DNA of 64,000 nucleotides, from positions 682,001 to 746,000 of the forward strand of contig OZ374562.1 in the NCBI GenBank assembly GCA_977862235.1, written 5' to 3'. The DNA is from Dudresnaya verticillata. Taxonomy: Eukaryota. The translations under genes and the position numbers were made by a program. Under the pieces are notes generated by a model. That model did not search any database. It was not told the origin of the DNA and saw nothing but the letters and a program-made list of their open reading frames with translations. Shown here in pieces: positions 1 to 11,841 of this stretch; the first letter of the stretch is position 1, and each line of letters opens with the position of its first letter.

Positions 1-1407
1 TGATGGCTGAGGTTGCTAGTGATTTGTGTCACGGTATGGGCGCTAGTCGTGGGTTGCTCCAATGGGTTGACCACAGTGCGTCCTCGTCTAGCAGAGGCAG
101 GTCACCCGTGCAAGGAGCGTTGCCCTGGTGTTTCTGGCGCTAGCACTAGACACTTGCCATTGCAGCATACCAATGCAATTGCCTTCGTTCATCGTACTTC
201 ACTGTTGAGACTGCTGTAGCATTATTAGTCTTAGGCTGTGTTAGTACTTAACACAGCCACAACCGAAGACCACCTCGACCCACACCTACTCTCCCAGGCC
301 TGCCTCCCGTGTCTCGTGCCCTCGTGCCACTGACGTGCGTCATGTGTAGCAATTGACGCACCAGGCAACTGCCCCAGCAAAATCACGCTGCCCAACTTTT
401 GGTCCTCCCCAGTTCTCTCATACAATCGCAGAATATGCTCCAAGCCCCATGATGAGAAGACCGCTTCGGACCACATCTCCTTCGACTAGGTTTATTATAA
501 CAGCTTCCACACTCAACGTTGCCATCGATGGGCATTACAGAAATGATGTGCGCCTTCTCGATGACATTCCATTCCCTGAATGTCTCCAACCGGTACCCTA
601 ATATGCAATCTGCGAACAGTCCTTACGGGAGGGAATTGGAGCATTTTCCAGGGCTAGTAGTAATCTCATCTCTGATGCATCTACAGTATTAGCCCTTTGA
701 TGGCAAACAGCCTTACGTGCAATATATGGTTCTGAAGACGCCACTCTCTCGGGAGCAAAAGCCCTGATGAGATCTCTTGGATTGTCCATTCCATTGCAGA
801 CCTGTTGTAAATGTCGACAGTCAAGACCACTCTTAGTGATGATAAACCATAAGCACTGTATAAGCCAACTGTTCGACTATCTAGGACTACTGAGTGTGGA
901 AACAATATACACGGGCTTCTGCACAGTTGCTGCTTTGCGTGACGCAGCAGTAGTGAACTTTTAACAATGCTCTTGCGGCAGCTCATACACAACTGATAGC
1001 CAAAGCAGGCGCTCGAACTGCAGGATCGTATTTGCAAGATTTCAGTTCTGCCATGCGGTTAATGGCATCAAGTCACGCTTGCTGCCAACAATCACTTCAG
1101 AGCGTATTGTTTCCCTGCTTTGAGAGCTGCAACGTGGAGACTCGGAAAAGAAAAAGCGGCCCCAGCGGTCACAGGCGTTTTGATTTTGGAAAGTCTCATG
1201 CTCTTAGTTTTGGTAGCTCTCCGTAGAACGCTTGGTGTTCCGTGAGTCTCCAGTGATGGGCGGCACACTGCGACAGTATTTATACAGCCGCTCAAGGTTT
1301 GCCGAGGTGAAGAGAGCTCAAACTGGTCTCCACAAGCAGGGACTATCACAAGTGGTCAATAACTGATCCCACGAGACTATCTTGTTCTGAAGGACTGCAC
1401 TGCCAAT

Positions 1408-1956
1408 ATGAAGACTACAGCATTCGCTCTTCTCCTCTCCGTTCTTTGCATTGGACTGGTACAAGCTCTCAAGGACACCGGTAAGGTCAGCTACAAAATA
1501 GAAGTTGGAGAGAAGTGCTCCGCAACGCGCCCAGAGTGTTGCCGGCTCAGATCAGACTGTTCCGTCGCGTACTCACTTCGCGCTATATGGAACACTCAAC
1601 TGGACGCAAAGCCCTCTCCTGAAGTGTGCAAAAGGGCTTGTGCACGCCACCGAAAGAAGTGTGACTTTGCATGTACATGCCTCGCAGAGACTGACGAAGT
1701 TCGGAGCTCCAAGATTTGCAAATGTGTCAGGACGGACAGTGAAGTTTTCGTACGCAACAATTGTATTCGCAGATGCATTGATGCTGAGAACGCTTGTGTT
1801 GAGAAATGTACAAAGGGAAAGAGATGTCCCGCCAAGGCTGTGACAAAAATTGGCTGGTTCCAGAAGTTCAAAGGAAGGTGCGACCGTATCTGTCCCAAGA
1901 TTGGTATTCTACGGATTTGCCCCGTCCTTGAGGCGCCTGCTACTACCACAACGTGA
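1408..1956 (+). CDS. Secreted, cationic, cysteine-rich small protein (182 aa)
   Basis: ATG-initiated intact ORF with a hydrophobic signal peptide (MKTTAFALLLSVLCIGLVQA), 20 Cys, two C-x3-C-x6-C-x3-C units and many K/R; TATA-like TATTTATA near 1277. Confidence 0.75.
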   Translation: MKTTAFALLLSVLCIGLVQALKDTGKVSYKIEVGEKCSATRPECCRLRSDCSVAYSLRAIWNTQLDAKPSPEVCKRACARHRKKCDFACTCLAETDEVRSSKICKCVRTDSEVFVRNNCIRRCIDAENACVEKCTKGKRCPAKAVTKIGWFQKFKGRCDRICPKIGILRICPVLEAPATTTT

Positions 1957-2474
1957 TCTAACGTAGAATCGCAGACCGTGAGCTCAATAGTACTCTATGA
2001 ACAAGTATTCCAGAGGAAAAGTAGAATGTGATGGGGGATTTCGATTATTCTGCGCTTGAGAAGATAAACAACATAGTTCCTTCGGTTTCTTTCCAGATCC
2101 TGTCGTATTGTTTTGACTAGCAGTCGTCTGAAGTTTCCTTTCCGACATGACCTCATGCTCAGTGATTATGACGGCTCTTAAATCCGAAAATGACGTGCTG
2201 GATGAAGGTGCGCGTGACCTAGCGGAGGAACAAGGTGGATAGTAAAAAAGGAAATTATTCTGAAGGGAATGCGCATTTTCTGCACGATAATATCAGTGGC
2301 ACTGAGCAGAATAATACCAGCAACATCTTGAAGCTCATTCCCTTTGTAGTTGTCATCCTATGTTTAAAACAGTTTTAAACTGCTTGAAGCCCTTGAAGCT
2401 GGATGCACCACTGACGCCGGCCGTGCACGCGTGTTTTGGTACCAGGTGATGGATGAGATTCGTGTGCATTAACA

Positions 2475-2555
2475 GTATTATTATTATTCTTATTCTTTTT
2501 CTACTACTGTTAATATTATTACTATTACTACTATTTGCTACTTTTATTATTACAA
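2475..2555. repeat. Degenerate (TAT/TAC)n microsatellite
   Basis: AT-rich run tattattattattct...actattactactatt. Confidence 0.7.
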
Positions 2556-4094
2556 TCTAACTAACTGAGTCAAGAACCTTGTGCATTGTTCAAAAAGAAG
2601 TTTTCCTTGGTACACATAGGCACGCGACCCAGAACGCATATATTATTGCACTACAACAATTAAACGATTTTACTTAGCGCCAGAGGCTCACGGATAGAAC
2701 CAGAGAAAATAATACTTATAGACTGAATTCCTGTAGTTACCTGCTGATCAGTCTGCCCGGTACCTTCACGTCTCCAACATTTATGAGAATCACGAGTCAT
2801 CTCCTTGGAGTACCGCGATTGAGATCCTGCTCTAAAAGGAGAGAGAGAGAGAGACTCTATATTTGCAAAAGCTGAAATAACGCCATAATCCAGGATGACT
2901 ACAACCTTCCAAAGAAGGCGTCCTGTCTTATGACCTCCACTGACCACTGTGACGGGATCTGCTACTGGAAAATTTTCTTCCACGGCATGTATGTGCTGCA
3001 TACGGGGAAACCTGCCGGGATGGCCACCCTTTGACCATTTACTTTCTCGAAAAATTGATAACACCTTTCCGTGATGATTCGAAACATCTAAACGAGCCTT
3101 CCAATCAATAATTTCATGACTGCTCCACTTATGCTTATTCCCGGAGGAGCAGAGAAAACGCAATTAGCGTTAAATGCCCCCAGTTGAGCAGTTTTTCTCT
3201 CGCTCGTATAAAGAGCTAGACATATCGGTGCGAGTCTCAACCACCCTGCCTGTGAGAAATTAATCAAACATATCCCAGAGCCGCTGGTCGTCATCAAAAA
3301 ACCTTAGATATATACAATGAAGTACAAAAGCAAAAACGAGCAATGGATCCAAACGGCATTCTATCTAAGTCATTCTCCTCTCTACTAGTCTATTTCTCAT
3401 CATGTCACTAACGGTTGGCAAGTCTCGGAGATGGATACTCGTTGTTTCCCTTTGCCATACACCGCACTGGCGGTTGGCCAGGTACGAACGTAAGTACAAG
3501 GCATCGTGAACTGCGGGCCTCGCGGTGTAATGAGCAGCGCAGGAGTGTTCCGTAAGAGATTCTTTCTGTATCTCGCTGCCGTGCTCGCCAACCCGATGCA
3601 GTTTGCCTGCTCGTCAGCGTGGCTAGATAGAATCAATGCAACTACAGTGCATTATTTTATGAAATGCAAAGGTTTCTAGGAACGTTTTGACGCGACCCAA
3701 AACCATATCCAAAAAGTAAGGTACCTACCCCCTTCGAAGCTGTCTCAGTAAACCCTATGAACTCACTATCGGTCTTCTTCTATCTAACAAAAGCAGTGAC
3801 CTTGCACATAGTCTAGTTTGTAGCTTACTAGAGAACCAAACCCCATTGCGTTCGTTCTCATTTTATCAGAACTCGGAAAGATTGTTCAGATAAACCATAC
3901 CTGAACCTTGGCAGACTGAAAGTTCCTATTTGCAACCGGATGAAGTACAGTGAGTGATGCCAAAATTTCGTTCCTAATCAGACTGGAGCACGGGGTAGAA
4001 ACGTTTGAGGACAAAGAACAACGGCATCATTCGAAACTCGTTTGCGTAAAACCGCAATAATAATAGAGGTAGTACTGTTACGGCAAGAAAATGG

Positions 4095-4775
4095 GTGCTG
4101 GGAGAAACAAAAACATGTGCACTACCAGCTGTATGTCGTGCGATTGACAGCTTGGATACAACCTTCTTCCGCCTTGTAACCTCCCAGAGGTCGTCTAGAA
4201 TGTCTGCCCAACGCTTGCGGAAGCTCAGGGCCCTCTTCCGCCTCGAACCTCCTCTCCTGTGCCAGAAGATCGTGCAACGGAGCTTCTGCGCTGCGCTAAA
4301 ACGTCTCGCCGGCTTAGCAGCGCTTCCTGCCTCCTGGCATGCCCAAAGAACGCTTTCTGCCCTCCAGGCCACACCGCGTATTGCTTGCTGGGATGCATCC
4401 CAACAATCCCGAACGCGGCGAGAAATCCGCGACTTGCTGCTACAGGAATGGCGTGCGGTGCTAGCTGGTCGACGTCCTGCCCCGGTGTACAACTCGCATC
4501 GATTGCCACCAGCCCTGGAGCTACCAGACCACAGAGACAGGAAACTAGCAATCCGTCGGCACCTGGGGACGTTCCCTATTCCGCTGCCCTGCCCAATTGC
4601 CCGCGAGGAAGTTCGACCCCTCGCCCAATCTCTCCAAGCCCTGTCGCTCCCAGCACCACTCGCCGCTGATCTCTGCGCCATCTCCGACACAATCTCGTCT
4701 ATCCGGGACGCCTGCAGCCACGCGTTTCCCCTGTCTACTTCCCACACACAACCCAGTCGGTCCCCACGTAACTGA
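4095..4775 (+). mobile_element. Possible 5'-truncated non-LTR retrotransposon (LINE) C-terminal remnant
   Basis: R/L/A-rich ORF with 'PPALELPDHRDRKLAIRRHLGTFP..PCP', reminiscent of LINE ORF2 C-termini; no RT motifs seen. Confidence 0.3.
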
Positions 4776-4947
4776 TCCCTTTCCGAAGGATAGCCCCACC
4801 CCCTTTACCGGTGATAGGATAATTTTAATGGGTGTCATTAAGAATGACTTTAACAACTGTACCTTACCGGTGTGCTTGCCCATGGGCCATCGTCGCCCGC
4901 ACAAGACCACCCTAAACAACCATTAAAATCAAACATTACTACAGGGT

Positions 4948-6810
4948 TCAAGAATCGCTTTTGTGGCACATGGCTGAAGTCCAATGAGAGCAAAGGTTCC
5001 TGCAGTGTGGACACTCCCACGATCTCATGTCGACTGCTGTCTCGCCGTGAAGCTTCTTGAAGCACTTGGTACAAACTGACTTCCTGCAATTAATTCTTGT
5101 ATCAAAGTTCACGCAGACCCGCTTTGGACAGTCTCGGATCAGAACCCTGGTGCGACAAAGATGACATGAGTAGGATAGAAATACTCGAGGGGTGGTGCTG
5201 CGCTTCCGCTTTCGAGCACCTCCCGTGCTTCCCTCTCCTGTAGATACCTGAGCAGTACGGGAAGAAGTAGCATCGGTATTTCTTGAAAGACCAGAGCCGC
5301 TTGTGTCTCCCGTCGTGATTCTCATCCGCGCAGTATCTCCCAAGCACTCCCCTTCCATCCTAGGGCTTTTCATAGACTTTACGTTATTGACGGAACTCTC
5401 TCCAATTGACTCGGAGACCTGAACAGATCGTGTGCTTTGGACAGCTTGAGCCATCGCGCCTCGCGCCTCCACAGCATCACCGCCCACCAGCAGCAGATGG
5501 GATGGGGAATGATCGTTCGGGTGCAACTTTGTCTTCACTGCATCTGAACCATCATCGCGATTGCTGTTGTAGTTTCGCCGTGTTCTATTAGAATCAGATC
5601 CATGATTGTCATCAATCTGATGAGTGTCGGTTAGACGAGGATTAGGGGGCGGATCAGCGGACGGAGCTGTCTTCTTGTCGGATAAGCTAGAAACCCTGTT
5701 CTGGGAAACTGGAATGGGTATGTCTACCGAATCAAGATTATGTATCGGCTGCTCCAGTGTTTCGCGGCCAGAATCTTTAGTCAGATAACCAAATCCTGCG
5801 TTCCCGGGGCTTTCTTCTATATTGAAACTTTCCAATGGGAGTGGTTCTGGTAATGGTAGCTCCTCTGAAGGCTCTCCAAAGAACACCTCGTCGAATTTTC
5901 GTTTCCAGTCTGAGCCAGACACAGGGTCAAATTCTTCATCAAAACAAGGAATCTCCGGAAGCTCATCTCCTTCCGCCGATATCCCCAATGCTTCTAGGTT
6001 GCCTTCTTCATTTTCGAAAAGTTTCTCGAGGGATACAATTTCATCTGCTACTACTGGTTCTGTAGTCAGTAGATCACCGCGGTCTGATTTGGAACGTTGG
6101 TTAAGGTGAGATGCCGGAGCGCAAAGCGAAAAGATATCATGGACTCCCTGATGTGTTTCTGAATCTTGGACAATAATCGCTTGAGTCTGTTCCAGTTGTC
6201 CAGTCCGAGCCGTTTTCGCAGATATACTCTCCTCGTCGTATTGTTTGGGTGCCAGACTCGCTGTAATCTCTTTTGTACCGTCCGATAGCCTTTGTACAGT
6301 GTGGTTTCTCGTCATGTCTGCATTCTTTACCGGTGGTCTCGCCATAGAGTTCAGAACGTCAAGAGGTTGGATGAGATCTCGTACGAACATGCCTTTAGAA
6401 ATGGTGACGGTGGTGGTCATGGGCTCCACAGCTGTCCCAAACATCTTGAATATCAACCGCTCTTCAGGTGAGCCTTTCACTGCAAGACAGTAGCGTGGCT
6501 TCTGCAATAGTTGAGAACCTCTGAGATAGTTTCCCGCCTTGCCCTGCTCCCCTTTATCTACCATCTTCTTCCAAGACTTGTTGACCTCCACGATGAATGA
6601 TAGTTTTGCTCTGAGGCCATCTTCGGTGAACTGGTCACCATGCTCTCGTTCCAGCGCCGAAGAATTCTCCCTCAACTGCAAACTGGTTTTCGTGAAGATG
6701 ACCGGCGCGATGGTCCTCGGGGCAGCATGGGTGAGGTCCAAGAGGCTTCCCTTTACTCTCCACATGAAGCTGGGATTCTGCTGAAGCCAGACAGAGAAGA
6801 TGAGTGTCAA
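4948..6810 (-). CDS. Protein with C-terminal zf-4CXXC_R1-like (CDCA7-type) zinc finger; true 5' end uncertain
   Basis: 620-codon ORF with an acidic, disordered middle, a basic NLS-like ARKRKR, and SCHLCR...C...C...CRKSVCTKCF...WECPHCRNLC, which matches the CHxCR...CxxC...WxCPxCRxxC pattern. No ATG at the ORF start. Confidence 0.7.
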   Translation of the reverse strand: MTLIFSVWLQQNPSFMWRVKGSLLDLTHAAPRTIAPVIFTKTSLQLRENSSALEREHGDQFTEDGLRAKLSFIVEVNKSWKKMVDKGEQGKAGNYLRGSQLLQKPRYCLAVKGSPEERLIFKMFGTAVEPMTTTVTISKGMFVRDLIQPLDVLNSMARPPVKNADMTRNHTVQRLSDGTKEITASLAPKQYDEESISAKTARTGQLEQTQAIIVQDSETHQGVHDIFSLCAPASHLNQRSKSDRGDLLTTEPVVADEIVSLEKLFENEEGNLEALGISAEGDELPEIPCFDEEFDPVSGSDWKRKFDEVFFGEPSEELPLPEPLPLESFNIEESPGNAGFGYLTKDSGRETLEQPIHNLDSVDIPIPVSQNRVSSLSDKKTAPSADPPPNPRLTDTHQIDDNHGSDSNRTRRNYNSNRDDGSDAVKTKLHPNDHSPSHLLLVGGDAVEARGAMAQAVQSTRSVQVSESIGESSVNNVKSMKSPRMEGECLGDTARMRITTGDTSGSGLSRNTDATSSRTAQVSTGEGSTGGARKRKRSTTPRVFLSYSCHLCRTRVLIRDCPKRVCVNFDTRINCRKSVCTKCFKKLHGETAVDMRSWECPHCRNLCSHWTSAMCHKSDS

Positions 6811-9800
6811 GGGTTGTCCTTGATTGATTGCTTCTGCGTTGAGCCGCAGTGCTTACGGTCGGCAACGTGAAGAGAGAACGCCAACCTAAGAAGCTACACA
6901 AAGGCTCTGGGCGTTCGGTCTTGAAACTCACTTCCAGACTTCTCCTTACGTGCTGGCACATGAGCGGGAAGCTTGCATGTTCGCCCGGGGCGGACGAACT
7001 GAGTTACTGCCCAGGTTCTCGACTACAGAATAAATATTCCGCCCCCGTTGGAAGCGCTCCAAAATTTTCATTTTTTTTTCCATTTTCCGCGCCGAATTGA
7101 CGTCAGATGCAAAGCATCTTGCTCAGAATAGCCAATGCTTGCACCTCCACGATGCCTCATTTCTCTGAACGTGACATGTAGGAATTCAGGGTGCATTTTG
7201 GAACTCCCCATAATTGGAACTGGATAGTAACGATTATCTGATTCCTGTTTGAAGAACAGAAGGTGTCGGGAATCAGTTTGAGTCACAATGACACATCATT
7301 GAGATGATTATATCAAGTTGTTGAGGTTTCTCGTGCATACAAACACCATTAATTTATTATAAGCAGCGGAATATTCATAGTTCATCATAGGATAGCGAGA
7401 TGGCATGCTACAGAGCGTCCCGTAACTTGAAGGTGATGTCCACCTGTACTTCCTGGAGGTCAAGAAAATGGGGCCGCTGAGAAACCGAACATGTTCGAGC
7501 TTTCCTAAAATCCTCGAATCATTCCTTTCTAGAAATACTTCCTACGGGCTTCAGGTTCAACTCGTTACAACGAAGCTGGAATTGGAGAACGCAAGTCTGC
7601 TCTATGATGTCGAAGTATCTTCCATCTTTTCCAACCACAACACCAACTGGTGTCAGAGAGCCCTCTCCTGTCAGTGTAGACAACAAGGTCACACAAAAGC
7701 AGCCCTTTGTCCGCGCAAAGTACATAGAAAAGAAAACCCGACTCCCGCATGCAGTGAGGGTTTGGGCAGTTGATTTCTAGTAAATATCCTTCGACGCCTG
7801 CGCTGGCGCGGCTGTTCTTCACTAGGGTTGTGTTTGGGCGGAAAGTTTGCCGTATTACCAAGGACCTGTTTCTTCAAAACAAGCTGCTCTTGAAATCCGT
7901 TGGCGGCAACGTTTTTGCGCCTGTACGCGATTCTGTAGCCGGTTCAGATCACTGCAAGCTCTTGTGGCTCTACACGCCCCGACCTGAGAATGAGACATGC
8001 TCGATGCCAACGACCGCGAGTTCTTGTCGAGCCATTCAAGAGGCAAGCGCGATATGTTCACCTTCAGATCCCAGCGCAGGAGTCTGAGTTCCAGACGGGT
8101 CCAGCAGGTTGATCGCTGGGCACGGCAGGCTCGGCGGTGCAGGCCTGGAATGCAGAGGGTCGGGAATACCAAAGGGCGGTCCGGGGGAATGCAATTGCCA
8201 TGAACGCACACAAATGACAAAAAACAAAAACCATAAAAATTGTAACAAAAAAAGGCAGGTTTGCATTCTAATCGCTCGCGTAGCCCACCGGGCGCTCTCC
8301 AACGTCGTACCAACATTCGCCGCTCAACCCTTCCCCTTCGGCACACCACCCTACCTCCCCCGCCATTGCACCTTCCACAAAGACGCCCCATCCGTCACAC
8401 GCCGCTGCCTCCCGCTCCGAGTATCTTATGTCCATTCTGCAGGCAGCCCTCAACCCCCGTTGGCGCCGCCGACCCTTCCTCAACCTATCGCCACGTACAT
8501 CTATCGCGACGCACGTAAGCTAGAGCAGCACATGGGGCTCGCAAAGATCTTGGCCTTCGCGGTAAGATACTTCGCCGCCACGTATTCTACTGTACTTCTT
8601 TTTGCATGAGCGAACCATCCACAACCGCTCCGCATGCGGCGACCAAGAGCAGTCAGGCCGCAACTATCCCGGCCACTTTCAGCACCTCGTGCCCGGGCGA
8701 GCAAACCTTCTATTCCTCGACAAGGGGAACTTGAGAACCCCAAGCAGCTTTATCCCCGAATAGAAGGAAGACTGGAGCGCGTGACGATGAAGAGCAACTT
8801 GGGCCTCAGGACGACATCCACTCTACTATCGACGCAGATCCAGAGCAGAAAGAGCGATTAGCGTACACTCAGGCTAGAAGAAAACTCACCGCGAAAACTC
8901 CGTTGAAGACGAAATATCGCCAGCTTGTATGTCATCCCATCGGGAAAGAACCCACGATCCTTCGCATGGATACCTCGCTGGCGTAGCTACAGTCAGACGG
9001 CTCATCTAACGCCTTCCAGTCTCGAAAGGCGGAGTGTCTTGTGGTTTTGAAGAAGTAGGATACCAGGATGGCACCCAATCTGAACTCTGGGTAGGCATTC
9101 TCAATAGGAAAGATATCACTGAGCCACTTGCGCTGGAATCTGTTGACAGTACAGAGCGATCACCCAGGATTTATACCCTAACAGGCATTGGTATACTTGC
9201 GATGGAGCTTGGAAGGCTCACAGAGGATGTGTAGAAGTTGAAATTCTGTGTTGTTGCATATGCACAAACTCGTCGTCGCCGTCCCCACCGATCAAATGTG
9301 CGTCCTGGTCGTTGAGGTGCCTTGGGTCGAACACTAGCCTTGGTCCGGGATCGGATGCAGGTCAAGCGCAGCGATATGCTTGCTCAAGACAACATAACTC
9401 TGTGCGGTTGCGCACGTTAGACACGGTAGGGAATAGTAGGATATAAGGACTTCTGTAGGTGCATTATGGCGGCGTGCGCACTACCAAGAGAAGAATTATT
9501 CATTCCCTGATGTTAAGAACGAAGAAGAGGTAGCCGCAGCCCAGTATGTGGTGGGATTACAAGGGGGGCCTGCAATCAGTTTTCCGGTCATTGTGGAGAA
9601 CAACTGGCTGGTTCTTGGTTTTTCCCTGCAATGGTAATCTGCTTATTCATGAGTGCCACAATTGTAGGCATTCGTTGAAGGCAAGCAGTGGAAAGAAGGT
9701 CAGCTCTTGGATGAGGGACTTTTTGGTACTGATAGAGCGTGGCAGCTTGCCGATGTTCTGTAGCTCTCGAGTGTCTGAAGGGGTTGCTGGGGTCAAGGTT

Positions 9801-11451
9801 TGAGGTGGTATGGATAATGGTGATCCCGACAGAAAGACGATGGGGACCAGGGGCTTTCGAGACTTGCATGCGAAAGCGTGAGTGAAGAAGAAGAGCACAT
9901 GTTGAGACAGAATCACGAGCCGCATAACAAAAAGATGTAGCACCAAACGAAATCAGTGACCTGAGAAGTTTCACAACCGGCGTCATCCGTCTACTCTACA
10001 AACACCTCCCATGATGTTGCCGGCGCACCAGGTTCCCGTTCCCCAGCGGCAAATAGAAGCAGTCCTTCAACAAGTTCCCACCACGATGCCCCTGCCTGGA
10101 TACGCGAAAGGTGGAGTTCTTCAAGGTCAGACCGCCACACCTTCGCCTTGATGTATGGAAGGGGAAGGACGACGTGCATCTAGTGGGCAGAACGTTTTCG
10201 TGCTTGAGGTTCGGTCCCAATTGCCTCGGATGGCAAATTTACGGTAGTGCCTCTGAATCCCAGCATTTGGAGCGAATCAGAGCTGGTGAGGCTATGGCGG
10301 AGCCAACGTCCGCTTTGCTGTTAACATGTTGCCAAGATGTGTTTATGCCGAATGGGCTTCAAGTTGCGGTCTCCCCCGCACTGTCCTGGGAGCTGCCACT
10401 GCCTATGGCTCAAACTACACTTGGGAACTCCTTGCCTCAACCTACTCAACAGGAGTTTGCCTGCAACTCTGGACAATACATCAAGATGTACGATGCTCTG
10501 ACACTGCTGTCACGGTGCTACACGGAACGACAAAAGCAAGATGCTTCAGATATTATTGCGGCAAACTTTCTTTAGGCTCATGCAAACACCATCATATGAG
10601 CTGGATGCAAATCCCACTCAGTAGCATCGTGAATAGGGCAATGCCGTAAACAGCCGTGGAACTTTAACATTACGGCATGGGTCATTTCCTGTCCAAGATG
10701 AGGCAGGTATCGTGCACACGGGCCTGACCCCTCATTCAATCCACGCATTGCAAGCAACACCACACGTACAGCAAGAAAGCATAATGGCATCTAAGGAAGC
10801 AATGTCAAGAAGGTCAGCAAAGTTCGTCAACTGCAGAATCATGTGCCATGTACCAGCGAGTCCTGCTTACCGAATACCGTCGATTGCACATACGGCGTGT
10901 TAGGCCAGTATTGAGCAGCTGGGCTGTTCTCGATCTCACTTGACGTCTGATTCCCGAAGAGGTCCTGGTGCGCCTGGAGAGTAAGTTCGTGGGGTTTTGG
11001 ATGCTATTCGCAACCACGATGCTCTTCTACAGGGTGTGAGTCTACCCCTCAAGGTTGAATGTAGTCATCAAAGACTAATTTTACTTCCTCCCGAAGGAGC
11101 TTGTGAGGTGAACACAATAGGTCAGCCTGCGGACAAGGTTGGAATGGGAGGTGGCGAAACCCTTGCGTTTGTTCCAACCCAACCTGTTGCGGGAAACCAG
11201 TAAGATCCCCAACCATTTCCCCCAAAATCAGAGCGTATGGCACAGTGTACAGATGCCTTCTAGAGGGTTCCCCGATCCAAGATCGGCACTTCACTGCTGA
11301 CTGATAAAAACAAGGCGCTCCAAACAGGATAATCTACGGCTGTACAGGAATCATAGAGGCTATGACAGTCAACATTTCATTTTCATTTCGTGTCACTTGA
11401 CAGACGTTGCCTACTAAGATGTTGCCTACTATCCGGTCTCTGGATTTCCCC

Positions 11452-11841
11452 TAACCTGTGGAGCACCGGTGGTGGTTCACGTTCGCGAGTCCAGTGAACA
11501 AATTCTTGCAATAGCAACACAGCAGTACTTCAGGCTCTTGGTACGCTTTCTATACCCAACCTTACATATTCCGTACTTTTCGTCGAAGTTCATTAGAAGT
11601 TCCGACAATGGGTTATGAGTGACCGCCCAGATTGCGCGATGGTTCTTATTCCGTGTGGTCTTGACTCAGCACCCCTCACTCAGATGATGGCAGAGCTTGT
11701 AAATGTCCGCTCGCATTGTCCGCAGGTGTATTGATTGTCCTCCGCCTGACTCTTCGCAATGCGGGAAAGCAGAGGCGCCGGGTCCTGGAGGATCACCTGG
11801 AGCATCATGGGGTTGGTGTAACCTTGATTCACTCTCCCGCT
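11452..11841 (-). pseudogene. Decayed 3' continuation of the zinc-finger gene (two more finger-like motifs)
   Basis: In frame after the TGA: SGRVNQGYTNPM...YTCGQCERTFTSS (to 11680); further on, LLCCYCKNLFTGLANVNHHRC (~11452-11540). Confidence 0.55.

Noticed and set aside
1..1350. Short ORFs at the window start (also 2660-3297)
   Set aside because: No domain evidence; may be chance ORFs or unrecognised exons.
3974..4747. 257-aa minus-strand ORF
   Set aside because: R/S/G-rich, no ATG start; likely a shadow of the + strand ORF.
8900..11400. Short ORFs possibly from a degraded retroelement
   Set aside because: No recognisable motif in any frame I read.
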